A stretch of 64,000 bases of DNA from Methanothrix sp. (GCA_963682135.1 OY821645.1:1664001-1728000); one strand, 5' to 3'; numbered from the stretch's first letter, positions 9,687 through 19,868 are shown. Notes: a model not told the origin generated them from the sequence alone. Numbers and translations: made by a program.

Positions 9687-10586
9687 TTGCATGATGTCGT
9701 CATAGTAGGAGCAGGCCCGGCTGGGCTGACCGCTGCCATGTACTGCGCGAGAGGCGGAAAGAAGACGCTGGTTTTGGGCAATATCTACGGCTCGCAGCAG
9801 TCCATGGGCGGCCTCTATGAAAACTACCCCGGATTTCCCGATGGCATTCAGGGCATAGAGCTCTCGGAGAAGATGCTGGCCCAGGCCCAGAAGTTCGGGG
9901 CAGAGTACCAAGTTGATCAGGTGGAGAAGATCGTGCCCCTGCGCGACTCCTTCCGCCTCAAGACAGAGAACTGGCAGTACGAAGCCAGAGCCGTCATCCT
10001 GGCCACGGGCGCCAGCCACCGCGCCATCGGCGTGCCTGGAGAGAAGGAGCTGACGGCCCGGGGTGTGTCCTACTGTGTGCATTGCGATGGAGCGCTCTTC
10101 AGGAGCAAGACCGTGGCAGTGGTGGGCTATGGCAATGGCGCCGCCCGGGCCATCCTCTATCTGGCCAACATCGCCGAGAAGGTTCACCTGCTCTCCTCGC
10201 GAGAGAAGCTGGTAGCCGAATCGGTCTACCTGGATCGTATCAAGAAGTTGTCCAACTACACAGCATCCTTTGGTGTGGAGATCACCGGAATCCTGGGCGA
10301 CCAGTTCGTCAGCAGCGTCGAGTATAAGGTAGGCAACACCCCCCGTTCCCTGAAGGCGGACGGTGTCTTCGTTGAGATGGGCATGAATCCCAACACAGAT
10401 CTGGCCACGGCCCTGGGCCTGGAGATGACGCCCGGCGGCTTTGTGAAGGTCAACCGGCTCAATCAGGAGACGAACATGCCGGGAGTCTTCGCAGCCGGAG
10501 ACCTGACAGGCGGAAGGTTGCAGGTGGCTACGGCTGTCGGCAGCGGCGCGTCAGCCGCCATTAGCGCCCTGCAATATCTGGGATAG
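9687..10586 (+). CDS. trxB: Thioredoxin reductase
   Basis: FAD motif VGAGPAGLTAA, RGVSYCVHCDG (CxxC), GVFAAGD; SD GGTGA upstream of a TTG start. Confidence 0.9.
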   Translation: MHDVVIVGAGPAGLTAAMYCARGGKKTLVLGNIYGSQQSMGGLYENYPGFPDGIQGIELSEKMLAQAQKFGAEYQVDQVEKIVPLRDSFRLKTENWQYEARAVILATGASHRAIGVPGEKELTARGVSYCVHCDGALFRSKTVAVVGYGNGAARAILYLANIAEKVHLLSSREKLVAESVYLDRIKKLSNYTASFGVEITGILGDQFVSSVEYKVGNTPRSLKADGVFVEMGMNPNTDLATALGLEMTPGGFVKVNRLNQETNMPGVFAAGDLTGGRLQVATAVGSGASAAISALQYLG

Positions 10587-10590
10587 GACA

Positions 10591-11556
10591 ATGGCAAGAG
10601 CTAGAGTAGAAAGAGAACTGGATCTGAGAAAGCCGGTTACCGTCTGGCGTTCGCAGGACCTGGAGAACGGACAGACGGCGCAGTCGCTGACCATGATCCT
10701 GCGCACAGTGGGCTGTCGCTGGAACCGCTGCACTATGTGCGGCTATGCCGGGGAGGGAGCGCCCGCCTGCGCCCTGGACCTGATCGCCCAGTTCGAATGT
10801 GCCCTGGAGAGATCCTCTCCGGAGGTCTCCGTGGTTAAGATCTACACCAGCGGCAGCTTCCTGGATCCAGCCGAGATGCCGGTAGAGGCCCGCGATGAGA
10901 TCCTAAAGAGGCTCGAGGCTCTGGGAATAAAGAAGCTGGTCATTGAGACCCGACCTGAATATGTAACGCCCCAAACGGTCGAGATATGCCTCAGCCATTT
11001 GTCTACTGAGTTTGCCATCGGTCTGGAAACGGCAAACGACCTCATCCGGGAGAATGCCATCCGCAAGGGCTTCTCCTTCCAGGACTTTACGAAAGCCTCC
11101 GAGGAAGTGCATAGACAGGGAGGGCGCGTCAAAGCTTACCTGCTGCTCAAGCCGCCTCTGCTCTCGGAAGGCCAGGCCATGAGAGATGCCATAGCCTCTG
11201 CCCGGGCGGCCCGCAGCCACGCGGATATCCTATCACTTAACCTCTGCAACGTGCAGCGCAATACCGTGGTGGAACGCATGTGGGAGCGGGGCGAGTTTCG
11301 TCCTCCCTGGCTCTGGTCGGCTCTGGAAGTGCTAAAGAGCGTACCCGGCCCCATCGTCTGCGATCCCGTGGGCGCCGGAACCAGGCGTGGCCCGCATAAC
11401 TGTGGAGCCTGTGATGAGAGTGTGGCCGAAGCTATTCGAACCCATGCCCTTTCCCAGGAAATTGCGCCATTGCAAAACCAGGACTGCCAATGCAAGTCCA
11501 CCTGGAAAGAGCTGATGGAAGTGGAGGAGCAGTCCTTTGGGACTCCTCTTTTTTAA
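10591..11556 (+). CDS. Archaeosine biosynthesis radical SAM protein RaSEA (TIGR01210-type)
   Basis: ILRTVGCRWNRCTMCGY, KIYTSGSFLD, ETRPEY, RPPWLWS, GPHNCG. Confidence 0.88.
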   Translation: MARARVERELDLRKPVTVWRSQDLENGQTAQSLTMILRTVGCRWNRCTMCGYAGEGAPACALDLIAQFECALERSSPEVSVVKIYTSGSFLDPAEMPVEARDEILKRLEALGIKKLVIETRPEYVTPQTVEICLSHLSTEFAIGLETANDLIRENAIRKGFSFQDFTKASEEVHRQGGRVKAYLLLKPPLLSEGQAMRDAIASARAARSHADILSLNLCNVQRNTVVERMWERGEFRPPWLWSALEVLKSVPGPIVCDPVGAGTRRGPHNCGACDESVAEAIRTHALSQEIAPLQNQDCQCKSTWKELMEVEEQSFGTPLF

Positions 11557-11639
11557 CTTTTCATTTTATCATCTCTTCAAAATCCTTCTGAATAGTTTGA
11601 AATATTAAGGATATGACATATTCATTCAGGTGGTATTTG

Positions 11640-12509
11640 ATGTTCGAAAAGGTCCTAATCCCGACCGATTTTTCCAAACATGCGAAAAGGGTTATCGGAT
11701 GCGTCGGCGAGATTCCCGGCGTAAAAGATGTATTGCTCCTAAATGTTGTTGCAAGACCGACAATTACCAGATTCTGGGATCCGGTGGCTGAGGTCAAAGC
11801 TGCCGAGGAGAGAATATCTGAGATGAAGAGCGCCATAAGAGTCCCGAGCGTGAGCGTCAAAGCCAGAGCCGTGACCGTTCTGGAGGACGAGGTGGCAAGT
11901 GCCATCCAGAGGGTGGCCGAGGATGAGAAGGTCAGCCTGGTGGCCATGGGGGCACGGGGAAAGAGCCTCATTGAGAGCGTTCTCTTGGGAAGTACCTCCC
12001 GAAATGTACTGCGTTATGGAAATACCCACCTTTTGATCATGCGCTACCGGAATCTGGAGGAGACTGACCAAAAGGAGCTTTGCGAAAGAATCTTCTCCAA
12101 GGTACTCTTTCCCACCGATTTCTCTCAACCTGCCGAAGCTGCACTCTCCTTCTTGAAGGGCCTGCCGGGAATTGGAGAGCTCTTGCTGCTCAATGTTGTC
12201 TCAAAGGGCGAGACTGAAGAAGAGATTGAGGCCAACGTCGCCATAGCCAGGCAACAGATCAATGAGATATCATCAGAGCTTAGTAAGGATGGGTTGAATG
12301 TAACCGCAAAGGTAGTGGTCGGACATCCAGTGGAGACCATTCGCTATGAAGCTGAGATGCAGAATGTCTCTCTTATTGCCATAAGTTCCCAAGGAGCTGT
12401 GGCCATAAAGAAGGGAAGGATCGGAAGCACCGCCTATGATGTGGCTAATTCCGCAACCAGACCTGTCTTGATCTTACGGAGATCGAAGATTGCATTGTAC
12501 TATATTTAG
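11640..12509 (+). CDS. Tandem-domain universal stress protein
   Basis: Two Usp domains: FEKVLIPTDFS...MGARGKS..LLGSTS and FSKVLFPTDFS...IGSTAYDVA...PVLIL. Confidence 0.93.
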   Translation: MFEKVLIPTDFSKHAKRVIGCVGEIPGVKDVLLLNVVARPTITRFWDPVAEVKAAEERISEMKSAIRVPSVSVKARAVTVLEDEVASAIQRVAEDEKVSLVAMGARGKSLIESVLLGSTSRNVLRYGNTHLLIMRYRNLEETDQKELCERIFSKVLFPTDFSQPAEAALSFLKGLPGIGELLLLNVVSKGETEEEIEANVAIARQQINEISSELSKDGLNVTAKVVVGHPVETIRYEAEMQNVSLIAISSQGAVAIKKGRIGSTAYDVANSATRPVLILRRSKIALYYI

Positions 12510-12530
12510 GCTCGTTTGCAGTATTATCTG

Positions 12531-12779
12531 TCATACCGTGCGTCTGATTCCCGGCGTTGTCAGGTACCATCGCCCTTTCTTTTCTTTGAGAAACTGCAGT
12601 GCCTGCGGATAATCATCGAAATAATGGGTTTCCCCAGTATCCAGGCTCATGACCGTTATCCGCTCTTCAAATGTAATTCCTTTCTCCGCGAGCAAGCTTT
12701 CGATCTCTTCACGTAGCTTGCTCTTCTTCTTTTGGGGCGGACACTCATTTGCAGACATCTCATCTTGCAGGATGCTCAT
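12531..12779 (-). CDS. Hypothetical protein (82 aa)
   Basis: Starts 4 nt after the upstream gene with a GAGGAG SD; plausible composition. Confidence 0.75.
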   Translation of the reverse strand: MSILQDEMSANECPPQKKKSKLREEIESLLAEKGITFEERITVMSLDTGETHYFDDYPQALQFLKEKKGRWYLTTPGIRRTV

Positions 12780-12783
12780 CTCC

Positions 12784-13344
12784 TCAAAACTTGGCGGGCC
12801 TCGCCTGGCTCAATGCCCACTTTATATACCCGGCAGCAGGAAATTCATGTACCGAGGTGGCCACGATCAGTCCTTTTCCGAAATTTGCCCTGACCAGAAT
12901 GCTTCTTCCTTTTTCGTCCTTCAAGACGATCTTATAGCCCTCTCCTGCAATAAGGTATCCGTCACATTCAGGAGTGCTGGTGCAAAGCAAGCAGGAGCAT
13001 TCATCAACAGACGGAGAAATGGTCTGGGAGGATAGCTCGCAGACATAGCGGAGAGATAGGGGTAACCAGTCATATTTGTGATCAGGCACCATTGGGCCGA
13101 AGACGGTCAACACTCCGCCATTCTGCACAAAATCGGAAATATTCGATTTCATTCTCTGCAGTGCTGGCAGCGCCTTGGAGTAATCTGGATTGGCAAAGCC
13201 GGTGGGAATCATGACCATCTTGTATCTGGGCAGAAATGGGCTACCTAAGATGGCAGGGGAGAGAAACTGAAAGCTCACGGCCAAATCTGCGAAGAGCTTT
13301 TCATAGAGAAAGGTCCTCTCGCCAATAAGAGCTATATCTGACAT
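12784..13344 (-). CDS. Conserved hypothetical protein, class I glutamine amidotransferase-like fold
   Basis: MVMIPTGF...FVQNGGVLTVFG...FGKGLIVATSVHE pattern. Confidence 0.7.
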   Translation of the reverse strand: MSDIALIGERTFLYEKLFADLAVSFQFLSPAILGSPFLPRYKMVMIPTGFANPDYSKALPALQRMKSNISDFVQNGGVLTVFGPMVPDHKYDWLPLSLRYVCELSSQTISPSVDECSCLLCTSTPECDGYLIAGEGYKIVLKDEKGRSILVRANFGKGLIVATSVHEFPAAGYIKWALSQARPAKF

Positions 13345-13445
13345 ATTACCATTGTTTCTAATACTGCCCAGGGAAAACCTTTATGGTTCTTTTTCTCCAT
13401 TAAGTTTATTACTAAATAACATGGGTATATTGGCCGAGATTATAT

Positions 13446-13868
13446 ATGGAACAAGAATTAATGAGGATCGGTGTTTCGCTACCGGAGAAGCTGCTCTCCC
13501 GGTTTGATGAGATAATCCTGCACCGCGGTTATTCATCGCGTTCAGAGGGTATTAGAGATGCCATCAGAAACTACATCGTCCATTACGAATGGATGAGCGA
13601 TGTGCAGGGTGAGAGAGTGGGGGTCATAACTCTCGTGTATTCTCATGGTCAACGCGGGCTGGTAGACAACCTGACGGAGATTCAACATGAAGCGGGAAGC
13701 ATTATCCAATCCAGCTTGCATGTGCATTTAGACCACGAAAACTGCCTGGAGGTAATCGTACTGCGGGGCGAGGGTCAGGATGTGAGAAAGGCCGCCGAGA
13801 AGATGATGTCGCTAAAGGGCGTAAAGCACGTCAAACTCACAACGACCTCCATGGGCAAAGAGCTATAA
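13446..13868 (+). CDS. nikR: Nickel-responsive regulator NikR
   Basis: RHH motif [22 protein letters not shown]; Ni-binding [13 protein letters not shown]. Confidence 0.96.
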   Translation: MEQELMRIGVSLPEKLLSRFDEIILHRGYSSRSEGIRDAIRNYIVHYEWMSDVQGERVGVITLVYSHGQRGLVDNLTEIQHEAGSIIQSSLHVHLDHENCLEVIVLRGEGQDVRKAAEKMMSLKGVKHVKLTTTSMGKEL

Positions 13869-13877
13869 CTAATTTCC

Positions 13878-14531
13878 ATGATTTCGCGGGAAATTTCACC
13901 GGGTGTCTTCATCTTAGAGGTAGAGGGTCAAAAGAGACTGGCGACCAGATCGGACGACGTTGTGCCCGTTTATGGGGAACGCATCCTGGAAGGCTACCGG
14001 ATCTGGGACCCTTTCCGCTCCAAGCTTGCCGCCCTCCTGCTCAAAGGTCGCAGGACTCAGCCTCTGCTAGCTCGCGATGCGAAGGTACTCTATCTGGGAG
14101 CAGCCACGGGCACCACAGTCAGTCACGTTAGCGATATCGTTCGTGATGGACTGGTATATGCCGTGGAGTTCTCGCCTCGCTCCATGCGAGATTTGGTCCG
14201 GCTCTGCGAGAGACGCAATAATATTGTGCCGATTCTTGCCGATGCAGCCCAGCCGGAAGAGTATGCATCTCTTGTCGAGCCGGTAGACCTGGTCTACCAG
14301 GATGTCTCTCAGCGAAATCAAGCAGAAATTGCCTCCAGAAACTGCGCTCGCTACCTAAAGCCGGGCGGCGAGCTAATCCTCATGCTAAAGACGCGCTCTG
14401 TGGATGTAACTGCCAGCCCGCAGGCAGTCCTTCAGGCGGAGACAAAAAATATGCAGGGTTTGGATCTCTTGCCGGTCCTGGATCTTCTGCCCTTTCACCA
14501 GGACCATTTTGCCATTCAAGCTAGCTTATGA
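13878..14531 (+). CDS. flpA: Fibrillarin-like rRNA/tRNA 2'-O-methyltransferase
   Basis: YRIWDPFRSKLAA, VLYLGAATGTTVSHVSDIV, YAVEFSPR, YQDVSQRNQ. Confidence 0.95.
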   Translation: MISREISPGVFILEVEGQKRLATRSDDVVPVYGERILEGYRIWDPFRSKLAALLLKGRRTQPLLARDAKVLYLGAATGTTVSHVSDIVRDGLVYAVEFSPRSMRDLVRLCERRNNIVPILADAAQPEEYASLVEPVDLVYQDVSQRNQAEIASRNCARYLKPGGELILMLKTRSVDVTASPQAVLQAETKNMQGLDLLPVLDLLPFHQDHFAIQASL

Positions 14532-15285
14532 GCTTTTTAACCTCATCGAAGATGATGTTGGGAAGAAGCCTGACGTAACCTACCAGCGGGATCTTGGCTC
14601 TCGCCACTCCAATTACCCATTCCTCTTTTACGGGGGTGAGGAAGCTGATGCCTTCTCCAACGAAGGTACCGTTTTCTGTCTTATAAATTAGCAGACCGGT
14701 CTTCTTATCCAGGTATACATCGCTGCCAACATCCATTATCTCTCCCCGGTTAGCCTCGATGTATGATGCCTTGGCTGTTCCGAAGATCTGACCGGCCATC
14801 TGGTCGATCACCTCATTGTGGTCTCCTTTAGTTATATAGCCGGAAAATGGCGCGGCCGGGCCCCCATCCCACATGGCTTCACCCGCGTTCACATAACGCA
14901 GGGCGCGATGAATAATTGGCGTGGCCTTATCTTTGCCGGGCGCAAATCCCAGAAGCATTTTGAACTGGTCCAGCAGATTCAGGCTAGCCTTGCCATAGGG
15001 CCTGTACAGTATGACATCTCCCGACTTGTTGAAGGCGGTATAGCCGGTTTTCTCGGCCTCACTCCAGGGGATCACATCCGTGCGCGATGCACCCTGAACT
15101 ACTACTATGTCACCGATATTGAGGTTAGGCACCATGCTTCCCGACTCTACGGCAACCATTGGCGTCCAGAGGCCCAATACAAGTTGAGATAGCAGGGATA
15201 TGCCACCTACTACCACAACCACGAAAATAATGTCCTTGACCGGGCCCGGAAGAGGCAAATTGTCAAACCACTCGACGATCTTCAT
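14521..15285 (-). CDS. Signal peptidase I (S26/Sec11-type)
   Basis: N-terminal TM, VESGSMVPNLNIGD (catalytic Ser), PIIHRA, ITKGDHN, IPLVGYV. Confidence 0.92.
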   Translation of the reverse strand: MKIVEWFDNLPLPGPVKDIIFVVVVVGGISLLSQLVLGLWTPMVAVESGSMVPNLNIGDIVVVQGASRTDVIPWSEAEKTGYTAFNKSGDVILYRPYGKASLNLLDQFKMLLGFAPGKDKATPIIHRALRYVNAGEAMWDGGPAAPFSGYITKGDHNEVIDQMAGQIFGTAKASYIEANRGEIMDVGSDVYLDKKTGLLIYKTENGTFVGEGISFLTPVKEEWVIGVARAKIPLVGYVRLLPNIIFDEVKKLIS

Positions 15286-15401
15286 AGAGCCTCCGGGATC
15301 AGGGATCGCGGAAATCCTCGCCATTTGGGCCGAGGAGAAGCGTACCTTGCTGTTGCAGCATACCAACTTCTATTTATCCATTGAAGACTTTCTTCAATGT
15401 A

Positions 15402-16514
15402 ATGCTTCAGACCTTGATGGTAAAGCTCGACCCCACCCCAGAGCAGCATAAGATGCTCTTTGAAACAATGAAGAGGTTTAACGAGGCCTGTAATCACATA
15501 GCAAATACTGTTTTTGCTCTGCATAGTGCCAACAAGGTTGAGATCCATAAGACGGTTTACTATCCTGTTAGAGAACATTTTGGACTCTCCGCACAACTTA
15601 CTGTCAGAGCCATTTCCAAGGTCTGTGAAGCGTATAAGCGAGACAAATCTATCAAGCCAGAGTTCCGACTCAATGGGTCCATCGTTTACGATCAACGCAT
15701 TCTCTCTTGGAAAGGACTTGAGATGGTCTCTCTGATCACGCTTCAGGGCAGACAGTTTATCCCTGTTCGTTTCGGAGAATATCAGAAAGCCAGGATGGAC
15801 AGGATCAGAGGCCAAGCAGACTTGATCCTTGTCAAAGGAGTTTTCTACCTTTGCGTTGTGGTTGATGTTTCTGAAGCTTCTACCTATGATCCTGTTGGGG
15901 TTCTCGGTGTTGATCTTGGTATCAAGAATCTGGCTGTAGATAGCGATGGAGTTGTACATTCTGGAGAGAAAATTCAGAACGTCAGAGCCAAATCGGATGC
16001 TCTCAAGGCCAAGCTCCAAAGTGTTGGAACCAAGAGCGCTAAAAAACATCTTAAGAAGCTGTCTGGTAGAATGGCAAGATTCACCCGAGACACTAACCAT
16101 TGCATCTCCAAGATTCTGATTACTAAGGCTAAAGACACCTTTTCCCTGATAGCTCTCGAAGATCTTGAGGGAATTAGAAAGAGGATTACGGTTAGAACCA
16201 AGTTTCAGAGACGTAATCAAAGCACTTGGAGTTTCAATCAGCTCAGAGAGTTTATGACCTACAAGACCGCGATAGCTGGTGTTCCGTTGGTCTACGTAGA
16301 CTGTGCTTATACTTCCCTGGAATGTCCTATCTGCCATTGTATCTCCAAATCCAATCGTCCTACTAGGGACAATTTTGTGTGTACCTGCTGCGGCTTCTCT
16401 GGTCCTGCAGATACCGTTGCAGCTCGAAACATAGCTGACCGGGCAGCAGTCAACCTGCCTATCGTGACGCGGTTTTTTGCGCAGTCGCAAGCTCCGTCCT
16501 TTAGGGCGGAGTAG
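15402..16514 (+). CDS. tnpB: TnpB RNA-guided endonuclease (IS200/IS605 superfamily, no tnpA)
   Basis: RuvC-I GVDLG, RuvC-II IALEDL, zinc ribbon CPIC...CTCCG, RuvC-III ADTVAARNI. Confidence 0.95.
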   Translation: MLQTLMVKLDPTPEQHKMLFETMKRFNEACNHIANTVFALHSANKVEIHKTVYYPVREHFGLSAQLTVRAISKVCEAYKRDKSIKPEFRLNGSIVYDQRILSWKGLEMVSLITLQGRQFIPVRFGEYQKARMDRIRGQADLILVKGVFYLCVVVDVSEASTYDPVGVLGVDLGIKNLAVDSDGVVHSGEKIQNVRAKSDALKAKLQSVGTKSAKKHLKKLSGRMARFTRDTNHCISKILITKAKDTFSLIALEDLEGIRKRITVRTKFQRRNQSTWSFNQLREFMTYKTAIAGVPLVYVDCAYTSLECPICHCISKSNRPTRDNFVCTCCGFSGPADTVAARNIADRAAVNLPIVTRFFAQSQAPSFRAE

Positions 16515-16540
16515 TTGACCAACCAGATTTATCAGTTGGT
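16400..16540 (+). ncRNA. Probable TnpB omega/reRNA scaffold and element right end
   Basis: Hairpin CTCCGTCC-TTTA-GGGCGGAG followed by TAGTTGAC at the tnpB 3' end, the usual right-end layout. The 5' boundary is a guess. Confidence 0.6.
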
Positions 16541-16560
16541 AGGCTCTTATACTCCTTTCG

Positions 16561-18174
16561 ATGCAGCAGATGTCACCGCGTGGCAGCCGCCCCCGAGCTG
16601 GCCAGGATATCGTGCAAAAGTTGGCCGAGCAAGGTTATCAACTAGAGCCGGAGGCACTGGAAATAATCTGCCGCTATCCCGGCAGCAAAGAAGAGCTGCT
16701 AAGGCGCATAATCGGCAGCGCGGATAGGTCCGTAGCGGTTATTGGGACAGCCATGGTATCATGTCATCTTGAATCAGCCGCTGCGAGAATGGCATGCCCT
16801 GCCAAAGTTGCAGCGCCCTCGCCTTCTTTGCTTTCCCATTCATCTATTGCTTCATCTCCCATCACATATTCCACCCCTCAAGCTTCCTCGCCACCCAACA
16901 TACAATTGCCATCGCCTGGCATATCTCCCCAGCCAACGGCATCGGTTCCATGCTTACAGGACGCGTCTGCGAAACTGAAATGCGACATTACCGGCCGGTC
17001 GACATGCGTGGGAGATTACAATGATTTCGTACACTATTTTCGCGATAGATTCTCAAAAATCAGGGAGATTCTCTCTCGACGACTCAACTCCCGGCCCATC
17101 GAATCCCTGGGAAAGAGCACAACCGGTCGAGAGGTGTCTCTAATCGGCATGGTCATGGATGTTAAGACCACTAGCAAAGGAAATCGTGTAATCGAGCTCG
17201 AGGATCCCACCGGCATGATAACGGCGGTCATTCAGAAGGATGCTGAGGTCTTCGAGCAATCCAGTCTCATTATAACAGATGAAGTCATAGGCGTCACTGG
17301 CATCTCCGATGGCAACGGGAGGCTCTTTGTCAAATCTTTGCTCTGGCCGGATATGCCCAACCAGACTGCTCCTCTGGAGAATGGAAGCGGCTTTGCTCTT
17401 CTGCTCTCTGATCTGCATGTAGGAAGCAAATACTTCATGGCCGATGCCTGGCAGAGATTTTTGCAGTGGCTCAATGGCAACACGGACGATGCTTCCGGTC
17501 TGGCTTCTCAGGTGCGATACATAGTGATCGCTGGAGATCTGGTGGACGGCATTGGCATCTATCCAGGTCAACAAAACGATCTGGATATCATGGACATATA
17601 TGCCCAGTACGAAGCCGCGGCACAGTGGCTCAACGGCATAAGAAAGGACATACAAGTGATCATTGCTCCCGGAAATCACGATATTGTGCGTCAGGCAGAA
17701 CCGCAGCCCGCTCTTCCTGAGGATGTGCAGAGGTATTTCCGAAAAGACATGCTCTTTGTGGGCAATCCCGCGTGGGTGACCCTGAGCGGGGTATCGGTAT
17801 TGATCTACCACGGTCGAAGCATAGACGATCTGGTCTTAAAGCTGCCCGGCATCTCTTATGCTGCGCCGGAGAAGGCCATGATCGAGATGCTGAGACGGCG
17901 GCATCTAGCTCCGATCTACGGCAGTCGCGTCTCCATTGCACCCGAGCATGAAGACCATTATGTTATATCCCGGCCACCGGCCATACTGCATTGTGGACAC
18001 GTTCACACCGTGGGGATTGCCAGGTACAAAGGAGTGGCTGTGATCAATAGCGGAACCTGGCAGTCTCAGACAGATTTTCAGAAAAAAATGAACATTCAGC
18101 CTGTGCCGGCAGTGGTGCCTATTGTCGATCTGGCAACTATGAAGATCCGCAAGCTGATCTTCACCGAGAACTGA
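16561..18174 (+). CDS. polB: DNA polymerase D small (proofreading) subunit DP1
   Basis: OB fold ELEDPTG; calcineurin-like motifs SDLHVGS, AGDLVDGIGIYPGQ, PGNHD, YHGRSIDD, HCGHVH, NSGTWQ. Confidence 0.96.
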   Translation: MQQMSPRGSRPRAGQDIVQKLAEQGYQLEPEALEIICRYPGSKEELLRRIIGSADRSVAVIGTAMVSCHLESAAARMACPAKVAAPSPSLLSHSSIASSPITYSTPQASSPPNIQLPSPGISPQPTASVPCLQDASAKLKCDITGRSTCVGDYNDFVHYFRDRFSKIREILSRRLNSRPIESLGKSTTGREVSLIGMVMDVKTTSKGNRVIELEDPTGMITAVIQKDAEVFEQSSLIITDEVIGVTGISDGNGRLFVKSLLWPDMPNQTAPLENGSGFALLLSDLHVGSKYFMADAWQRFLQWLNGNTDDASGLASQVRYIVIAGDLVDGIGIYPGQQNDLDIMDIYAQYEAAAQWLNGIRKDIQVIIAPGNHDIVRQAEPQPALPEDVQRYFRKDMLFVGNPAWVTLSGVSVLIYHGRSIDDLVLKLPGISYAAPEKAMIEMLRRRHLAPIYGSRVSIAPEHEDHYVISRPPAILHCGHVHTVGIARYKGVAVINSGTWQSQTDFQKKMNIQPVPAVVPIVDLATMKIRKLIFTEN

Positions 18175-18420
18175 TCAATATTAATACATTATTAATATTA
18201 AAATGCTAAAGTATCCTTGCATACTAAATTCTCTGAGCAAATTGGCATAATTATATATTATATAATAATAATAGATTATAACTTTATTTTATATAAAATA
18301 GATACATATTAATACTGACAATAAGAGCCATCTGTTTATTTACAGATACAACAAATCATTACATTTAAGTAATATTTGAAAGCTAATGAGTTATAAGCAA
18401 TAACTTCGTTTGTATGTCTT

Positions 18421-18486
18421 ACCAAAAAATATAAATACTATCGATGCTAACATCCGTCTATATTAAAGAATGTATGGGGTGAGATT
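18421..18486 (+). promoter_or_regulatory. BRE/TATA and SD of cassette copy 1
   Basis: ACCAAAAAATATAAATA followed by ATGGGGTGAGATTAT; both elements recur before copy 2. Confidence 0.6.
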
Positions 18487-18894
18487 ATCAAAAAAATAGG
18501 AGTTGTATTGGCATTGGCTATAGCCATATTATCCCTTCCTGCTATGGCGCAGGACGAATATGGCTTGGCTGGAAGCGGCGGTGTGGATATTCTCGGAACA
18601 GGGATTTTTGAGACAGATGGATCCCTCATTAAGTTCCCCAGTGTCCAGAATACCAATATAGATACCCTGGATGTAGGCAATGATAAGGCATTAGCATTTG
18701 GCAATATTTGGCAGAAGACACCCATAGCCAGTGCTACCAACAACCTGGAGATCAAGAAGAATCAGGATTCCGGAGCATGTGATGCCTGCACCAAGGTCAA
18801 TATAGATCAGATCAGTGTAGGAAATAGGGAGGCTATGGCTTTCGGATTCGCAGAAGCCACTAACAATGTTAAGATCGTAGCCAATCAGCAGTAG
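18487..18894 (+). CDS. Small secreted beta-repeat protein A1 (two internal repeats, CxxC linker, ends NQQ); nearest canonical start TTG 18508
   Basis: Signal peptide KKIGVVLALAIAILSLPAMA; clear paralog at 19869-20357. Confidence 0.85.
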   Translation: MKKIGVVLALAIAILSLPAMAQDEYGLAGSGGVDILGTGIFETDGSLIKFPSVQNTNIDTLDVGNDKALAFGNIWQKTPIASATNNLEIKKNQDSGACDACTKVNIDQISVGNREAMAFGFAEATNNVKIVANQQ

Positions 18895-18923
18895 CTCTTG
18901 TCTGCGATTTCAAGAGGACCGAA

Positions 18924-19541
18924 ATGAAGAGACCGACCAATCCCACTGGCATGATGCTGGTGGGAGTTCTATTTATATACATCATCTTGACACCGACCAC
19001 AGCTTTGCAGCAGCCAAGCAGCCAGGAACAGCTCAATAAATTAATAGACCAACAGCAAAATAGTCCTGACTTAGGCATGCTCAAAGTCGGTGCAGAGACC
19101 ATTAATTTTCCCTGGTCCAGCCAGGAAGATCTGCATGTGCATCCAAATCTGCCCGGTTTTGCATCGATACCTCTCGAAAAGGAAGAGATCGTGATGGATG
19201 ACAGCAATCCAACGGCAAATGTGAAAGATCTTTCCGCAATGAACTCTCAATTACAAAGAGATTTGATCTTCAAGGATTCTCAAAAGCAGGATCCAGATTA
19301 TGAAGGACTCGTGAACTCTCAAGAAATATGCGTGAGCGGCGAAGACAATGACGAATCTGTAGATAATGATAATAACAGGATGCATAATGCGGGGAATTAT
19401 TTGAGCATTGATGTTCAAGATATATCTGTCAGCGCTATAAATACCGTACAAGGTGGAAGTGCAGTGGCCACCTCCAATATTATCATCCAGCCGGTGCAGA
19501 TTATAGTCTGCCCGCCCGAAGTTGGTGTTAAGTTGAAATGA
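18924..19541 (+). CDS. Secreted partner protein B1 with conserved C-terminal beta segment
   Basis: N-terminal hydrophobic leader; C-terminus ISVSAINTVQGGSAVATSNIIIQPVQIIVCP shared with 20388-21068. Confidence 0.85.
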   Translation: MKRPTNPTGMMLVGVLFIYIILTPTTALQQPSSQEQLNKLIDQQQNSPDLGMLKVGAETINFPWSSQEDLHVHPNLPGFASIPLEKEEIVMDDSNPTANVKDLSAMNSQLQRDLIFKDSQKQDPDYEGLVNSQEICVSGEDNDESVDNDNNRMHNAGNYLSIDVQDISVSAINTVQGGSAVATSNIIIQPVQIIVCPPEVGVKLK

Positions 19542-19801
19542 TGCAGAAATCGCATCAGTTCTGTTTCTAGTTTTAGATTTTGCACCTTTGTATTCCCTTT
19601 GTTTATCCGCTTAACTAGATCTGATTCATCTATTTATATCTTTTATTTGTAAGAGTTCCGACCTGAGAACCGTCTCGGCAGGGGCAATTATTGCTATATT
19701 TAGACATCGTTGATTGCTGCGGTATTATAAACAACGCATATCATATGTAAAATTCTCCAACAAAAATAGCTCTATAAATCTATGATTTTCCAATAAAAAA
19801 C

Positions 19802-19868
19802 ACCAAAAAGTATATATATATTTGAAACTTAGTTAAGTACAACCTAAAAGGATTAATGGGGTGAGATT
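19802..19868 (+). promoter_or_regulatory. BRE/TATA and SD of cassette copy 2
   Basis: ACCAAAAAGTATATATA followed by ATGGGGTGAGATTAT. Confidence 0.6.

Noticed and set aside
13345-13445. Possible NikR operator upstream of nikR
   Set aside because: Two TATTAC half-sites are in direct rather than inverted orientation; no convincing spaced palindrome.
15282-16490. 402-aa minus-strand ORF opposite tnpB
   Set aside because: Antisense shadow with no recognisable domain; not a TnpA (no HUH/Y1 or serine-recombinase motifs).
15361-16541. 8-bp inverted match TACCAACT / AGTTGGTA flanking tnpB
   Set aside because: Too short to call terminal IRs, and IS200/IS605 elements do not use them.
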